From an uncultured Bacilli bacterium (GTDB lineage: Bacteria > Bacillota_I > Bacilli_A > RF39 > UBA660), in contig CAKOHW010000003.1 of the NCBI GenBank assembly GCA_934086185.1, forward strand, positions 69,155 through 133,154: a stretch of 64,000 nt of DNA. Direction: 5' to 3'. Of the stretch, positions 31,332 to 41,854 are shown piece by piece. The translations under genes and the position numbers were made by a program. Position 1 is the first letter of the stretch. Every line of letters begins with the position of its first letter. The notes beneath the pieces are model-generated. The model saw only the letters and a program-made list of their open reading frames with translations, did not search any database and was not told the origin of the DNA.

Positions 31332-31949
31332 ATGAGTGAAATACGTATACCAACTCAAGAACGTTCAAAGTTAAAAAGAGAGAAAATAATAAAAAAAGGT
31401 TTTGAATTAATGTGTAATAATGGGTATTATAATACTACTACTAGTGATATAGCAAAATATGCTTCTGTTTCAACTGGTATAATATATCAATATTTTAATG
31501 ATAAAAAAGATATATTTATAGAAGGATTTAAATATTATTCTGATGATATATTATTTCCTATATTAAATATTTTGAAAGATAATAAAATAAATTATGATAA
31601 TTTAAGTGATGTATTAGATAAGTTGTTATCTATATTTATAAAGAAACATACACTAAGTAAAAATGCTCATGAAGAAATGATTGCTTTATCACATTTGGAT
31701 GATGATATAGGTAAGATATTTTTAAATAATGAAATAGAAACTACTAAAAGAGTATACGAAGTATTATGTGATAATAATATATGTGTTAGTAATATGCTTG
31801 AAAAAGTACATATTATAATTGGTATTGTTGAAAATTATTGTCATGAAGTTGTTTATCATAAACATGATGTATTAGATTATGATGCTATGAAAGATAGTGT
31901 TATCGATATAGTTTGTAATATTTTGGGTATAAAAAAAGGAAAAAATTAA
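31332..31949 (+). CDS. TetR/AcrR family transcriptional regulator
   Basis: N-terminal HTH (YYNTTTSDIAKYASVSTGIIYQYF). Divergent from the ABC efflux pair. Confidence 0.75.
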   Translation: MSEIRIPTQERSKLKREKIIKKGFELMCNNGYYNTTTSDIAKYASVSTGIIYQYFNDKKDIFIEGFKYYSDDILFPILNILKDNKINYDNLSDVLDKLLSIFIKKHTLSKNAHEEMIALSHLDDDIGKIFLNNEIETTKRVYEVLCDNNICVSNMLEKVHIIIGIVENYCHEVVYHKHDVLDYDAMKDSVIDIVCNILGIKKGKN

Positions 31950-32563
31950 ATATTGTTGTTTTTCCTTTTTTTATAGAATATAGTTATAAGTATAATAAAT
32001 ATTATTATAAAAATTATTAGTACAATATGAGAGTAAGTATCAAATATTGTTAATATTTTAGTCCAGTTATTACCAACCATTTTTCCTGTTATTATTAAGA
32101 CTGTATTCCATATTAGTGAACCAAATATTGTATATATTAAGAATTTGATAATAGGCATTTCACTCATTCCAGCGGGTATGCTAATTAAACTTCTAACTAT
32201 TGGTATGAATCTACAAAAGAAAACAGTTTTATTACCTTTAGTATCAAACCATCTATCTGCTTTATCTATATCACTATTTTTTAATCTTAATATTTTTCCA
32301 ATTTTACCAGATATTATTTTTTTTAATCTTTCTTTGTTAAATATTTTTCCTATATAATATAAAACTATTGCACCAATTAGTGAACCTAATGTTGATGCTA
32401 TGATCATAAATATTATATTTAGTTTTGTATATGTGGTCATAAAACCACCAAATAATAATATTACTTCACTTGGTATTGGAGGAAAAATATTTTCAATTGC
32501 TATTAGTAAAAATACTCCAAAATAACCGAAACTATTCATAAATTCAATTATAAAATTTTGCAT
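31946..32563 (-). CDS. DedA/SNARE-associated family membrane protein
   Basis: DedA motifs (FPPIPSEVILLFGG ... FIPIVRSLISIPAG). Start at the ATG with RBS AAAGGAGA (track ORF extends to 32593). Confidence 0.7.
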   Translation of the reverse strand: MQNFIIEFMNSFGYFGVFLLIAIENIFPPIPSEVILLFGGFMTTYTKLNIIFMIIASTLGSLIGAIVLYYIGKIFNKERLKKIISGKIGKILRLKNSDIDKADRWFDTKGNKTVFFCRFIPIVRSLISIPAGMSEMPIIKFLIYTIFGSLIWNTVLIITGKMVGNNWTKILTIFDTYSHIVLIIFIIIFIILITIFYKKRKNNNI

Positions 32564-32693
32564 ACTCAAATCTCCTTTATTTAAATATAACATAAAAAAT
32601 AATAATTATACTTTTTATTAATTATTATTTACATAATTTAAAATAAATGATATATTATATATAGATTGTATATGTAGTGTGGTATTAATTACA

Positions 32694-33131
32694 TTAATTA
32701 ATTTTTCCGTATAACCAATCTAGTGAAATGTTGTATTTTTTACATATTTGTATAGCGAATGCAGTTAATATAAGAGTTTTACCTGATTCATAAGCTGATA
32801 ATGTAGATGATGTAGTATTTAGTTCTGTAGCAAGTGCGCGTAAAGTTAAATTATATTTTTTTCTTATAGATTGTAATCGTTTGCCAACTACTATTTTGTC
32901 TATTTCCTTATATGTAGAATTATTGTAAGATTTTTCATTTGTAAAATTAAAAATATAATCAAGACTAATTTTATAGTAGTTTGATAAAATATTTATTCTT
33001 TTTATTGATGGTATATCTGTACCAGATTCCCATCTACTAATTAGACTTTGAGATATATTTAAAATATTTGCTAAATCTTTTTGTTTTATATCATTTTCTT
33101 CTCTTATAAAAAATATTCTATTTGTATACAT
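32694..33131 (-). CDS. XRE-family transcriptional regulator with two tandem HTH domains
   Basis: Two HTH_XRE units (KQKDLANILNISQSLISRWESG and LTLRALATELNTTSSTLSAYESG). Confidence 0.65.
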   Translation of the reverse strand: MYTNRIFFIREENDIKQKDLANILNISQSLISRWESGTDIPSIKRINILSNYYKISLDYIFNFTNEKSYNNSTYKEIDKIVVGKRLQSIRKKYNLTLRALATELNTTSSTLSAYESGKTLILTAFAIQICKKYNISLDWLYGKIN

Positions 33132-33243
33132 AGTTTCACCTTTAAAGTCATTTTCTCATTTAAAAAAATAATTCTAAGTTTTTATAACTATATACGAGCA
33201 AATGTGATATAATTAATTTTAGTGTAAAAAGGGAGTAGTGTTT

Positions 33244-33582
33244 ATGCTAGTTAATAAAAGAAATTATTTTAATAATATATTAATGACTTTGTTATTAGTA
33301 TTTTTATTTATTTTATTTTTATGTACTTTTGTTTTTTTAATAGGAGATATAAGTAGTTTTATAAATTTATCAGAAAGTAATTTATTAAAATTAGAAATAA
33401 TTATTTTTTCTTGTGCAATAATATCTGGTATATTATATTTAATATTACTTTTTAGAAGTAATGATGATTTAAATTATGATAATTATAGTATTGTTGATAA
33501 AGAATATTTAAAGTATTTAAAAAATACAATAAAAGAAAAAGATAAAAAAATTAAGTTATTATCTAAAAATAAATCTAATTAA
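33244..33582 (+). CDS. Hypothetical small membrane protein
   Basis: Two TM helices and a K-rich tail. RBS GGGAG. Confidence 0.35.
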   Translation: MLVNKRNYFNNILMTLLLVFLFILFLCTFVFLIGDISSFINLSESNLLKLEIIIFSCAIISGILYLILLFRSNDDLNYDNYSIVDKEYLKYLKNTIKEKDKKIKLLSKNKSN

Positions 33583-33655
33583 TTTAGATTTTTTCATTAT
33601 ATATTCATATTATTTTTGTGAGTTTATGTTATAATAATTTATGAAATTAGGTGAT

Positions 33656-34798
33656 ATGATGATATATTTAGATTATGCTGCTAATACACCAGTAGATAAA
33701 GATGTTTTGAAAACTTATGTTGATGCTACTTTAAAATATTTTGGAAATCCTAATAGTAGTCATAAAGCTGGCATTGATGCCAAAAATAAAATAGATGAAG
33801 CATCAAAAGTTATTGCAAAATATTTTGATATTAAAGAAGAATCTGTTATTTATACTAGTGGTTCTAGTGAAGCAAATAATTTAGTTATTAAGGGTGTTAT
33901 GGAAGCTAATAAGGATAAAGGGAAACATATTATTATTTCTTCTTTGGAACATTCAAGTATTATTGCACCAGTTAATTATTTAACTAATCATGGTTATGAA
34001 GTAACAGTATTAAATGTATTAGAAGATGGTAGAGTAGATATTGATGAACTTAAAGATGCTATAAGAGATGATACTATATTAGTTAGTATTTGTTATGTAG
34101 ATAGTGAGTTAGGCACTATACAACCTATAAAAGAAATTGGTGAGTTATTAAGTCATTATCCTAATATTTTATTTCATACTGATGCCACTCAGGCAATTGG
34201 GAAAATCAATGTAGATTTTAAAAATGTAGATTTTGTTACGTTTGCTCCACATAAATTTTTTGGTATAAATGGTGTTGGTGTATTATTAAATATAAATAAT
34301 AATAAAATTGTTCCATTAATACATGGAGGGAAGTCTACGACTATTTATAGAAGTGGAACTCCTGTAATTAGTAATGTATTAGCATGTAGTAAATCTGTTA
34401 GTATAGCGTTAGATAATCTTGATACTAGATATAATTATATATTAGGTTTAAATAAATATTTAAGAAATGAGTTGTCTATATTTTCTAATGTGCATATTAA
34501 TAGTACAAAGTATTCTATTCCAAATACTCTTAATTTTAGTTTGATTAATATAGATGCTAAAAAAGTAGTTAAACGTTTAGAAGATAAGGGTATTTATTTG
34601 TCTACTACGAGTGCATGTAGTTTAGGAAATACTCCTAGTAAGTCTGTTTATGCAGTTACTAAGGATTTAGAAATGGCTAAAAATTCTATTAGAGTAAGTA
34701 TGAGTCACTTGACTACACTAGATGAGTTAAAAATATTTATTAAAGAATTTAAAGATATTTATGATGAGGAGTTAGGTTATGAAAGTAATAAAAATTAA
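33656..34798 (+). CDS. Cysteine desulfurase (class V aminotransferase, NifS/IscS-like)
   Basis: MIYLDYAANTPVD N-terminus, PLP-lysine region TFAPHKFFGINGVG, active-site Cys in STTSACSLG. Confidence 0.75.
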   Translation: MMIYLDYAANTPVDKDVLKTYVDATLKYFGNPNSSHKAGIDAKNKIDEASKVIAKYFDIKEESVIYTSGSSEANNLVIKGVMEANKDKGKHIIISSLEHSSIIAPVNYLTNHGYEVTVLNVLEDGRVDIDELKDAIRDDTILVSICYVDSELGTIQPIKEIGELLSHYPNILFHTDATQAIGKINVDFKNVDFVTFAPHKFFGINGVGVLLNINNNKIVPLIHGGKSTTIYRSGTPVISNVLACSKSVSIALDNLDTRYNYILGLNKYLRNELSIFSNVHINSTKYSIPNTLNFSLINIDAKKVVKRLEDKGIYLSTTSACSLGNTPSKSVYAVTKDLEMAKNSIRVSMSHLTTLDELKIFIKEFKDIYDEELGYESNKN

Positions 34799-35039
34799 TG
34801 CTATGTGGTGTCCTGGTTGTTTAATATCTAAAAGTATTTGGAAAGAAATTGAAAATATGTATCCTAATCATCAATATATTAGTTATGACTATGATTTGGA
34901 TGAGAGTAATATAGAAAAGTATAATGTAGGCGATATTTTACCAGTTGTTATAATAGAAGATGATACTCATGAAATTAAAAGAATAATAGGCGAAAAAAGT
35001 AAAAAAGAAATATTAAATGAAGTAGAGGGTATTTTATGA
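34779..35039 (+). CDS. Thioredoxin-like small protein (CxxC)
   Basis: 86 aa with an AMWCPGC redox motif. Overlaps the upstream gene by 20 nt and the downstream gene by 4 nt. Confidence 0.55.
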   Translation: MKVIKINAMWCPGCLISKSIWKEIENMYPNHQYISYDYDLDESNIEKYNVGDILPVVIIEDDTHEIKRIIGEKSKKEILNEVEGIL

Positions 35040-36211
35040 AAAAAATGTTAATATGCTTATTTACATTACTTTTTTTTGTACCAATTAATGTTTTTGGATT
35101 AAGTAGAGATTATGATGATGTTACTTCTAGTGTTGTTGGTGTAAAAAAAGAAGAAGATAAAATTAATTTATATTTGTTTTATAGTTATTCTTGTCCTCAT
35201 TGTCATGAAGAAATTAAATATTTAGAAAGTGATTTTCAAGAAAAATATAAAGATAAAGTAAATGTTTATAAATTTGAAGTTGCCAAAAATAAAGATAATA
35301 GTTCTATGATGATGAGTGTTAAAGCATTATTTGATCTTACAAGTCCTAGTGTTCCTTTTACTGTAATTGGTAATGAATATATATTGGGTTATGGAGATGG
35401 AACAAGTGATGATATAGAACAAGTTGTAGACAAATATCTTAATAATACTAAAGATGTAAAAATAGAAAAAACAATTCCAATATTGGGTAAAGTGGATGCT
35501 AAGAAGGCTAGCTTATCTTTAGTAGCAGTTATTCTTGGGTTGATTGATGGATTTAATCCTTGTGCTATGTGGATATTGTTACTATTAATAAATATGTGTT
35601 TAAGTGTAAACGATAGAAAAAAGATGTTTACTATTGGACTTACATTTATACTAACTAGTGGTTTTATTTATTTTTTGAGTATGCTAGGTATAAGTTTTGT
35701 TATTGATTTTGCTATGGTTAATGTAATTAGAGATTTAATTGCTTTAGTTGCTATAATACTTGGGATTTATAACTTGTATACTTGGTATAAAACTAGGAAA
35801 GATACTGGATGTCATGTAGTAGATAAGAAAAAGAGAAAAAATATTATTAGTAGAATTAATAATATAATGTCTAAAAAAAGTTTTATTTTAGGTGTATTTG
35901 GTACTATTATTTTGGCTGCTAGTGTAAATTTAGTAGAACTTGCATGTTCTTTAGGTTTTCCTACTATATTTATAGAATTATTAAGTATAAATAATATAGT
36001 TGGTGTACAGAAAATATTATTATTAGTTTTATATATATTCTTTTATTTGGTAGATGATTTAGTGATTTTTTTGATAGCATTATTTACATTAAAATCCACT
36101 GGTATAAGTACTAAATATAATAAATATGTTAATTTTATAGGTGGTATATTAATGATTATTATGGGATTATTATTAATATTTAAACCGGAATGGATTATGT
36201 TTAATTTTTAG
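35036..36211 (+). CDS. Membrane thiol-disulfide oxidoreductase: secreted thioredoxin-like domain (CPHC) fused to a DsbD/CcdA-type TM domain
   Basis: Signal peptide, YSYSCPHCHEE thioredoxin motif, then a multi-TM region with GFNPCAMWILL and a second Cys region (ELACSLGFP), as in CcdA/DsbD. Confidence 0.6.
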   Translation: MKKMLICLFTLLFFVPINVFGLSRDYDDVTSSVVGVKKEEDKINLYLFYSYSCPHCHEEIKYLESDFQEKYKDKVNVYKFEVAKNKDNSSMMMSVKALFDLTSPSVPFTVIGNEYILGYGDGTSDDIEQVVDKYLNNTKDVKIEKTIPILGKVDAKKASLSLVAVILGLIDGFNPCAMWILLLLINMCLSVNDRKKMFTIGLTFILTSGFIYFLSMLGISFVIDFAMVNVIRDLIALVAIILGIYNLYTWYKTRKDTGCHVVDKKKRKNIISRINNIMSKKSFILGVFGTIILAASVNLVELACSLGFPTIFIELLSINNIVGVQKILLLVLYIFFYLVDDLVIFLIALFTLKSTGISTKYNKYVNFIGGILMIIMGLLLIFKPEWIMFNF

Positions 36212-36248
36212 TGTTGTCTATATTTATGTTTAATCTATAAAAAAATGA

Positions 36249-38621
36249 GTGTTTTACTCGTTTTTTTATGTTAGAATTATAATAGAGATGATGAATATGA
36301 AGAAAAATGAAATTGTTGGATTAACAAGTCAAGAAGTTAATGAAAGAATAAATAATAAACAAGTTAATTATATTGATGAACCTAAAACTAAAAGTATTAA
36401 ACAAATAGTTAGAGAACATACATTTACTTATTTTAATTTTTTAAATATATTACTTGGGAGTTTAGTTATTATAAGTGGATTACTAAGTGGACGTTTATTA
36501 TATAGTTTGAAGAATTGTTTGTTTGTTGGAGTAATATTTACTAATACTATTATAAGTATTGTTGAAGAAGTATTGGCTAAGAAAACAATTGATAAATTAA
36601 ATGTTATTGCAGATACTAAGATTACAGTTATTAGAGATGGTAATAATATAAACGTTAGTAGAGAAGAGTTAGTACTTGATGATATTTGTATATATAATAT
36701 TGGTAATCAAGTAGTTACTGATTCTAAAATATTAGATGGTAATGTAGAAGTTAATGAATCTTTTATTACTGGGGAAGAGAAAGTTATAGTAAAAAAACGT
36801 GGAGATACTATTTTAAGTGGGTCATTTATTGTTAGTGGTAAATGTTATGTTAAAGTATTACATATTGGTAAAGATAATTATATATCTAAGATAAGTAATG
36901 AAGCTAAGTATGTTAAAGATATAAATTCTATTATTTATAATTCATTTGATAAGATGTTAAAGATACTTAGTTTTTGTTTAATACCTGTTGGTGTATTATT
37001 TATGATAAATCAATTATATATAACTCATTTTGATGTACCTAGTAGTATTATGAGTACTGTAAGTGCTGTAATAGGTATGATACCTGAGGGATTAGTTTTA
37101 CTTACTAGTTCTGCTATGGCAGTTAGTGTTATTAGATTAAGAAGATATAATGTTCTAGTACAAGAATTATATTCTATAGAAAATTTAGCTAGAGTAGATG
37201 TTATATGCTTAGATAAGACTGGTACTATAACTGAAGGAGAAATGGAAGTAAAAGATATAATTCCATATAAAAATAAAAATGTTGATAATATTAAGAAGAT
37301 ACTTGGAAATTATATAAATGCAATGGATGATAATAGTTTAACTTTTAAGGCATTAACTAATTATATTTCTATTAGTGAAGATATGGAATATTCTGATATT
37401 ATTAGTTTTTCAAGTAGTAGAAAATATAGTGGAGTTAAATTTAAAAATATTAATTATTATTTAGGAAGTCCAGAAAATTTATTAAATAAAAAATATGGTG
37501 AAATAGAAAAGTATCAAGACGATTATAGAGTGTTGGTACTTGTTAGTAGTAAAAATAAGTTTGGTAATGTAAGTAAGTGTAATTTAGAGGCTATAATTTT
37601 AATACAAGATAAAATAAAATTAAATGCTCGTGAAACTTTAGAATATTTTAAAGAACAGGGAGTAGATATAAAAATTATAAGTGGTGATAATGATAAGACG
37701 GTTGCTAAAATTGCTAGTCGTGCTGGAATAGAAGATATAAGAAGTATAGATTTTTCTAAAGTAGAAGATGAAGATATAGAAGAAGTAATAAAAGAATATA
37801 ATATTTTAGGAAGAGTAAAACCTGAACAAAAGAAAAAGATTATATGTGCATTAAAAAAACAAGGACATTTTGTTGCTATGACTGGAGATGGAGTAAATGA
37901 TTGTCTTGCTTTAAAAGAAGCAGATTGTAGTATAGCAATGGCAAGTGGTAGTGAAGCTGCTAAAAATGTTAGTCAATTTGTATTATTAGATTCTAAGATA
38001 GATAATTTACCTAAAATATTAAAAGAAGGAAGAAGAAGTATTAATAATATTGAAAGAAGTAGTTCTTTGTTATTAAGTAAAACAATTTTTACAATAATCT
38101 TAATTCTTGCTGCAGTATATTTAAGTACTGAATATTTCTTTATACCTATACATTTAACTTTAATTACTATGTTTACTATTGGTATACCATCATTTATATT
38201 AGCGTTAGAGAGCAATAATGAATTAGTTAAGGGGAACTTTTTAGTTAAGATCTTTTTAAGAAGTATACCTAGTAGTTTAACTGTAGTATTCAATGTTATT
38301 ATAATTGCATTATTTGAAAGACAATTTAATTTAGATGCTGATTTATGCAGTACATTAACTGTGTTTTTGACAGCAACTACTGGATTTATATTTTTAAATA
38401 GTATTTGTAAACCATATAATATTTTAAGAGCAATATTAATGATATTCTTATTATTAGGTTTTGGTTATTGTTCAATATTTCAATATAGTTTCTTTAATAT
38501 AAGTTATATAAACCAAGATACTATTTTAATATTTATTGTATTATTTATATGTAGTATGTTTATATTTGATAAATTAAAGAGATTATCAGATTATATATTA
38601 GTAAAGACTAAAAATATATAG
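36249..38621 (+). CDS. P-type cation-transporting ATPase (P2-type, Ca2+/Mg2+-like)
   Basis: ICLDKTGTITEG phosphorylation motif, MIPEGL, TGDGVNDCLALKEAD hinge, 8-10 TM helices. The true start is probably around 36285 (MNMKKNEIVGLTSQEVNERI). Confidence 0.85.
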   Translation: MFYSFFYVRIIIEMMNMKKNEIVGLTSQEVNERINNKQVNYIDEPKTKSIKQIVREHTFTYFNFLNILLGSLVIISGLLSGRLLYSLKNCLFVGVIFTNTIISIVEEVLAKKTIDKLNVIADTKITVIRDGNNINVSREELVLDDICIYNIGNQVVTDSKILDGNVEVNESFITGEEKVIVKKRGDTILSGSFIVSGKCYVKVLHIGKDNYISKISNEAKYVKDINSIIYNSFDKMLKILSFCLIPVGVLFMINQLYITHFDVPSSIMSTVSAVIGMIPEGLVLLTSSAMAVSVIRLRRYNVLVQELYSIENLARVDVICLDKTGTITEGEMEVKDIIPYKNKNVDNIKKILGNYINAMDDNSLTFKALTNYISISEDMEYSDIISFSSSRKYSGVKFKNINYYLGSPENLLNKKYGEIEKYQDDYRVLVLVSSKNKFGNVSKCNLEAIILIQDKIKLNARETLEYFKEQGVDIKIISGDNDKTVAKIASRAGIEDIRSIDFSKVEDEDIEEVIKEYNILGRVKPEQKKKIICALKKQGHFVAMTGDGVNDCLALKEADCSIAMASGSEAAKNVSQFVLLDSKIDNLPKILKEGRRSINNIERSSSLLLSKTIFTIILILAAVYLSTEYFFIPIHLTLITMFTIGIPSFILALESNNELVKGNFLVKIFLRSIPSSLTVVFNVIIIALFERQFNLDADLCSTLTVFLTATTGFIFLNSICKPYNILRAILMIFLLLGFGYCSIFQYSFFNISYINQDTILIFIVLFICSMFIFDKLKRLSDYILVKTKNI

Positions 38622-38629
38622 GAGGACTT

Positions 38630-39715
38630 ATGGGAAAGTATGAAGTAAAAAATGATGTTTCTAGTGATATAAAAAATGATATTAAATCATTATTAGAGAG
38701 ACTAAATACTGTAATGATTGATAGTGAAGATTATAAGACTTTGTATACAGATTTTGATATAAAAAATAGAGAATTACAAATAGTTGATAGCATTAAAGAA
38801 AGTAATTATGATAGTGTTAAAAAAGAATCGAAAAGTATTGATAGTAGGTTTTCATTTTTGAAAGAATTAGATGATAATAGTGTAGATAAATTAATTGAAT
38901 TAACAAAAATGTATAATAATAATGGTTTTTATGATTATGATAAGACATTTAAAGTTCCAACTTTTATTAGAGAGATTAAAAAATTTGGTATAAGTATAGA
39001 TGTTAATGTTATAAATGATGTCGATGATGTAAATTTATTAATTGGTAAATTAAATGAATTGAAAGATGACTTATTAGATAGAATCAATAATTTAAAATAT
39101 ATTTATAATAATTATATTTTAGGAGCGTATTTAAGTTTAAAAAATGATGTAGAATCTGGTAAAGTATCTAGTGATAAAGATTTAAATGAATTAAAAGAGA
39201 TAAGTTATCCTAGTAATTTTATAAATAAAATAACTGAATTGAAAAGAGAATATGTTGCTTTAAGACGTAAGTCATCAGATAAAAAAGCTAAGGAAGTACT
39301 TCAAAAAATATTAAAATATCAAGAATATTTATATCAAGAAATTAGTAAATTTGTAGATTATAAATTAAATTCTATTATGAAATTTAATAGTGAAGAATTT
39401 AAAATAATGAATAATGTGATATATAAATATTATAGAATGTTAGATTTATTAGAAGAAATATTAAATGAATTATCTAAAACTATAAAGAATATGGAAGTTT
39501 ATGTAGATATATATGATAGAGCTAAAAAGAGTTATATTTCTAATTTAAAATTATTGGGTATAGAGAATGTCGATTTAGAAGAATTTAGAGATTTTGATAA
39601 AGATAAATATAAAAAATATGTTGCATATATGAATGTGTATGATAGAATAAATAAATCTGAAATGAAAGAAAATGATGATTTTAAATTAAGGAGAAAGATA
39701 GATGATAAAAACTAA
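38630..39715 (+). CDS. Hypothetical coiled-coil protein
   Basis: 361 aa, K/E/D-rich and predicted helical; no recognisable motif. RBS TAGGAGGA. Overlaps gmk by 14 nt. Confidence 0.4.
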   Translation: MGKYEVKNDVSSDIKNDIKSLLERLNTVMIDSEDYKTLYTDFDIKNRELQIVDSIKESNYDSVKKESKSIDSRFSFLKELDDNSVDKLIELTKMYNNNGFYDYDKTFKVPTFIREIKKFGISIDVNVINDVDDVNLLIGKLNELKDDLLDRINNLKYIYNNYILGAYLSLKNDVESGKVSSDKDLNELKEISYPSNFINKITELKREYVALRRKSSDKKAKEVLQKILKYQEYLYQEISKFVDYKLNSIMKFNSEEFKIMNNVIYKYYRMLDLLEEILNELSKTIKNMEVYVDIYDRAKKSYISNLKLLGIENVDLEEFRDFDKDKYKKYVAYMNVYDRINKSEMKENDDFKLRRKIDDKN

Positions 39716-40376
39716 AAAAACTGGTGAATTAATAATTATTAGTGGTACTACATGTGCTGGAAAAGGAACTGTTGTTAAAAAGTTATTAAGTATTGATAAT
39801 AATATATGTTTGTCTATTTCATATACATCAAGAAAACCTAGAGAAGGTGAAGTAGAGGGAGTAGATTACTATTTTGTTAGTCAAGAAGAATTTGAAAAAA
39901 AGATTGATAATGATGATTTTTTAGAATATGCTATTGTTCAATCTGGAAAATATTATGGTACTCCAAAAAAAGAAGTAATAGATTTATTAAATTCTGGTAA
40001 AGATGTAATTTTAGAGATTGATGTTCAAGGAGCAAAAATTATAAAAGAAAAATACCCTGAAACATTGTTAGTATTTATCTTAGCGCCATCTATGCAAGAA
40101 GTTAAGCGTAGAATTTTGGCAAGAGGAGCAGAAACTAAAGAACAAATTATTGATAGATTTAAAACTGCTTATAATGAAATAAACGAAATAAATAAGTATA
40201 ACTATGTTGTTGTTAATGATGATTTAGATGAATGTGTAAAAAAAGTAGAATCTATAATTATTTCTAATAAATGCCGTGTTGATAGAATAGAAGAATTAGC
40301 TGTTGAAAGCCAAGAAGAATTTATGCATGAATTATTAATTGATAAGGATTTTGTTAATGAAAAAACTGAATACTAA
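39702..40376 (+). CDS. gmk: Guanylate kinase
   Basis: IIISGTTCAGKGTV P-loop, GVDYYFVSQEEFE, YYGT, DVILEIDVQGA, RILARGAETKEQI. Collinear with bona fide Gmk. Confidence 0.8.
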   Translation: MIKTKKTGELIIISGTTCAGKGTVVKKLLSIDNNICLSISYTSRKPREGEVEGVDYYFVSQEEFEKKIDNDDFLEYAIVQSGKYYGTPKKEVIDLLNSGKDVILEIDVQGAKIIKEKYPETLLVFILAPSMQEVKRRILARGAETKEQIIDRFKTAYNEINEINKYNYVVVNDDLDECVKKVESIIISNKCRVDRIEELAVESQEEFMHELLIDKDFVNEKTEY

Positions 40377-41418
40377 TAATAAAATTGGTTTAGCTTTAGA
40401 AGGCGGTGGTGCTAAAGGTTCTTATGAAATAGGTACATACGTTGCTTTAAGAGAATTAGGATTTAAATTCAACATGGCAGTTGGTACAAGTATTGGAGCA
40501 TTAAATGCTGCTTTAATAGCACAAGATGATATGAAATTAGCAAAAAAATTATGGTTAGATGCTGATAGTGAAATTATTGGTGTTAGCAATAAATTAGTTG
40601 AGTTACTTAAAAATTTTAAAATATCAAAAGAAAATATAAAATTTACATTTAGTGAAGTAAATAAGATATTTAAAAATAAAGGATTAGATATAAGTATATA
40701 TAAGAAAATTATAGATGATTATATAGATGAAGAAAAAGTTAGAAATAGTTATATAAATTATGGTTTAGTAACAGTCAGATTAAAAGATTTAAAACAGATG
40801 GAAGTAACTATAGATGATATAGAAGAAGGTAAATTAAGTGATTATATAATGGCTAGTAGTTATTTGCCAGTATTTAAAATGAATAAAATAATAGATAATT
40901 CTTATTATTTAGATGGTGGTGTTAGTAATAATTTGCCAATTACTTTATTAGAAAAAAATGGTTATAAAGATATAATTGCTATAAAAATTAAAGGACTTGG
41001 CTTAACAAAACATAATAATATGAAAGATACTAATATAACATATTTAATACCTACTAAAGATACTGGTCCAGTTGTATTATTTGATAATAATGATATTAAA
41101 AATAATTATTATATGGGTTATTATGATACATTATTATATTATGGTAAATTAATTGGGTATAAGTATTATTTTAAGAAATTTAGATTTTTTGATTTTTTAG
41201 TAAGAAAAGTTGATGATAAGATTTTAACTTTAGTAAAATTAAAATATAAATCTACTGATATAAAAGAAGTATGTTTGAAAGCGATAGAAGAGATACTTGA
41301 AGAAAATAAGGTTTACTATTATAAGATTTATAAAATACCTAGTATAATAAAATATATAAAGAAAAATAACTTAAAAAGTTCTAATCATATTGTTAATGAA
41401 TTTATTTATAGTATATAA
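40357..41418 (+). CDS. Patatin-like phospholipase
   Basis: GLALEGGGAKGSYEIG oxyanion motif, GTSIGA nucleophile elbow, DGG catalytic Asp (YLDGGVSNN). RBS AAGGATT. Confidence 0.75.
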   Translation: MKKLNTNNKIGLALEGGGAKGSYEIGTYVALRELGFKFNMAVGTSIGALNAALIAQDDMKLAKKLWLDADSEIIGVSNKLVELLKNFKISKENIKFTFSEVNKIFKNKGLDISIYKKIIDDYIDEEKVRNSYINYGLVTVRLKDLKQMEVTIDDIEEGKLSDYIMASSYLPVFKMNKIIDNSYYLDGGVSNNLPITLLEKNGYKDIIAIKIKGLGLTKHNNMKDTNITYLIPTKDTGPVVLFDNNDIKNNYYMGYYDTLLYYGKLIGYKYYFKKFRFFDFLVRKVDDKILTLVKLKYKSTDIKEVCLKAIEEILEENKVYYYKIYKIPSIIKYIKKNNLKSSNHIVNEFIYSI

Positions 41419-41440
41419 AAACAGCACTATGTGCTGTTTT

Positions 41441-41854
41441 CTAATTGAATAAATTTTCATAATATTTTATATCATATTCACTTTGTATTATGCATAAATC
41501 ATTTTTTTGTTTAAAAGTATGAAATATATTATTAGAATTAATTATAAATGGTTGTGAATATCCATTTTTAAAGTTTATTATTATACTGTTAATATTTTTT
41601 TCATTTTTAATTAAATTAAATGCATTTTCTTCTAATTGTTTATTTGTTAAATTATATTCTATTATTTTATTTTTTAACTTTATCATAAAAAAGTTTGATA
41701 TTAATGAATTTGTTTCTGTGTTTACATATGGTATTTCATCTCCATTATTATCAATATTTGATATATAAAGGTTACTAAACATTTTATTATCGGCAATGAT
41801 GGTTTTATTATTGTCTAAGTTAATTATAATATTGTTTATGTTATCAACCATCAT
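41441..41854 (-). CDS. Hypothetical protein
   Basis: 137 aa with RBS AGGGTGA; no motif recognised. Confidence 0.35.
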   Translation of the reverse strand: MMVDNINNIIINLDNNKTIIADNKMFSNLYISNIDNNGDEIPYVNTETNSLISNFFMIKLKNKIIEYNLTNKQLEENAFNLIKNEKNINSIIINFKNGYSQPFIINSNNIFHTFKQKNDLCIIQSEYDIKYYENLFN

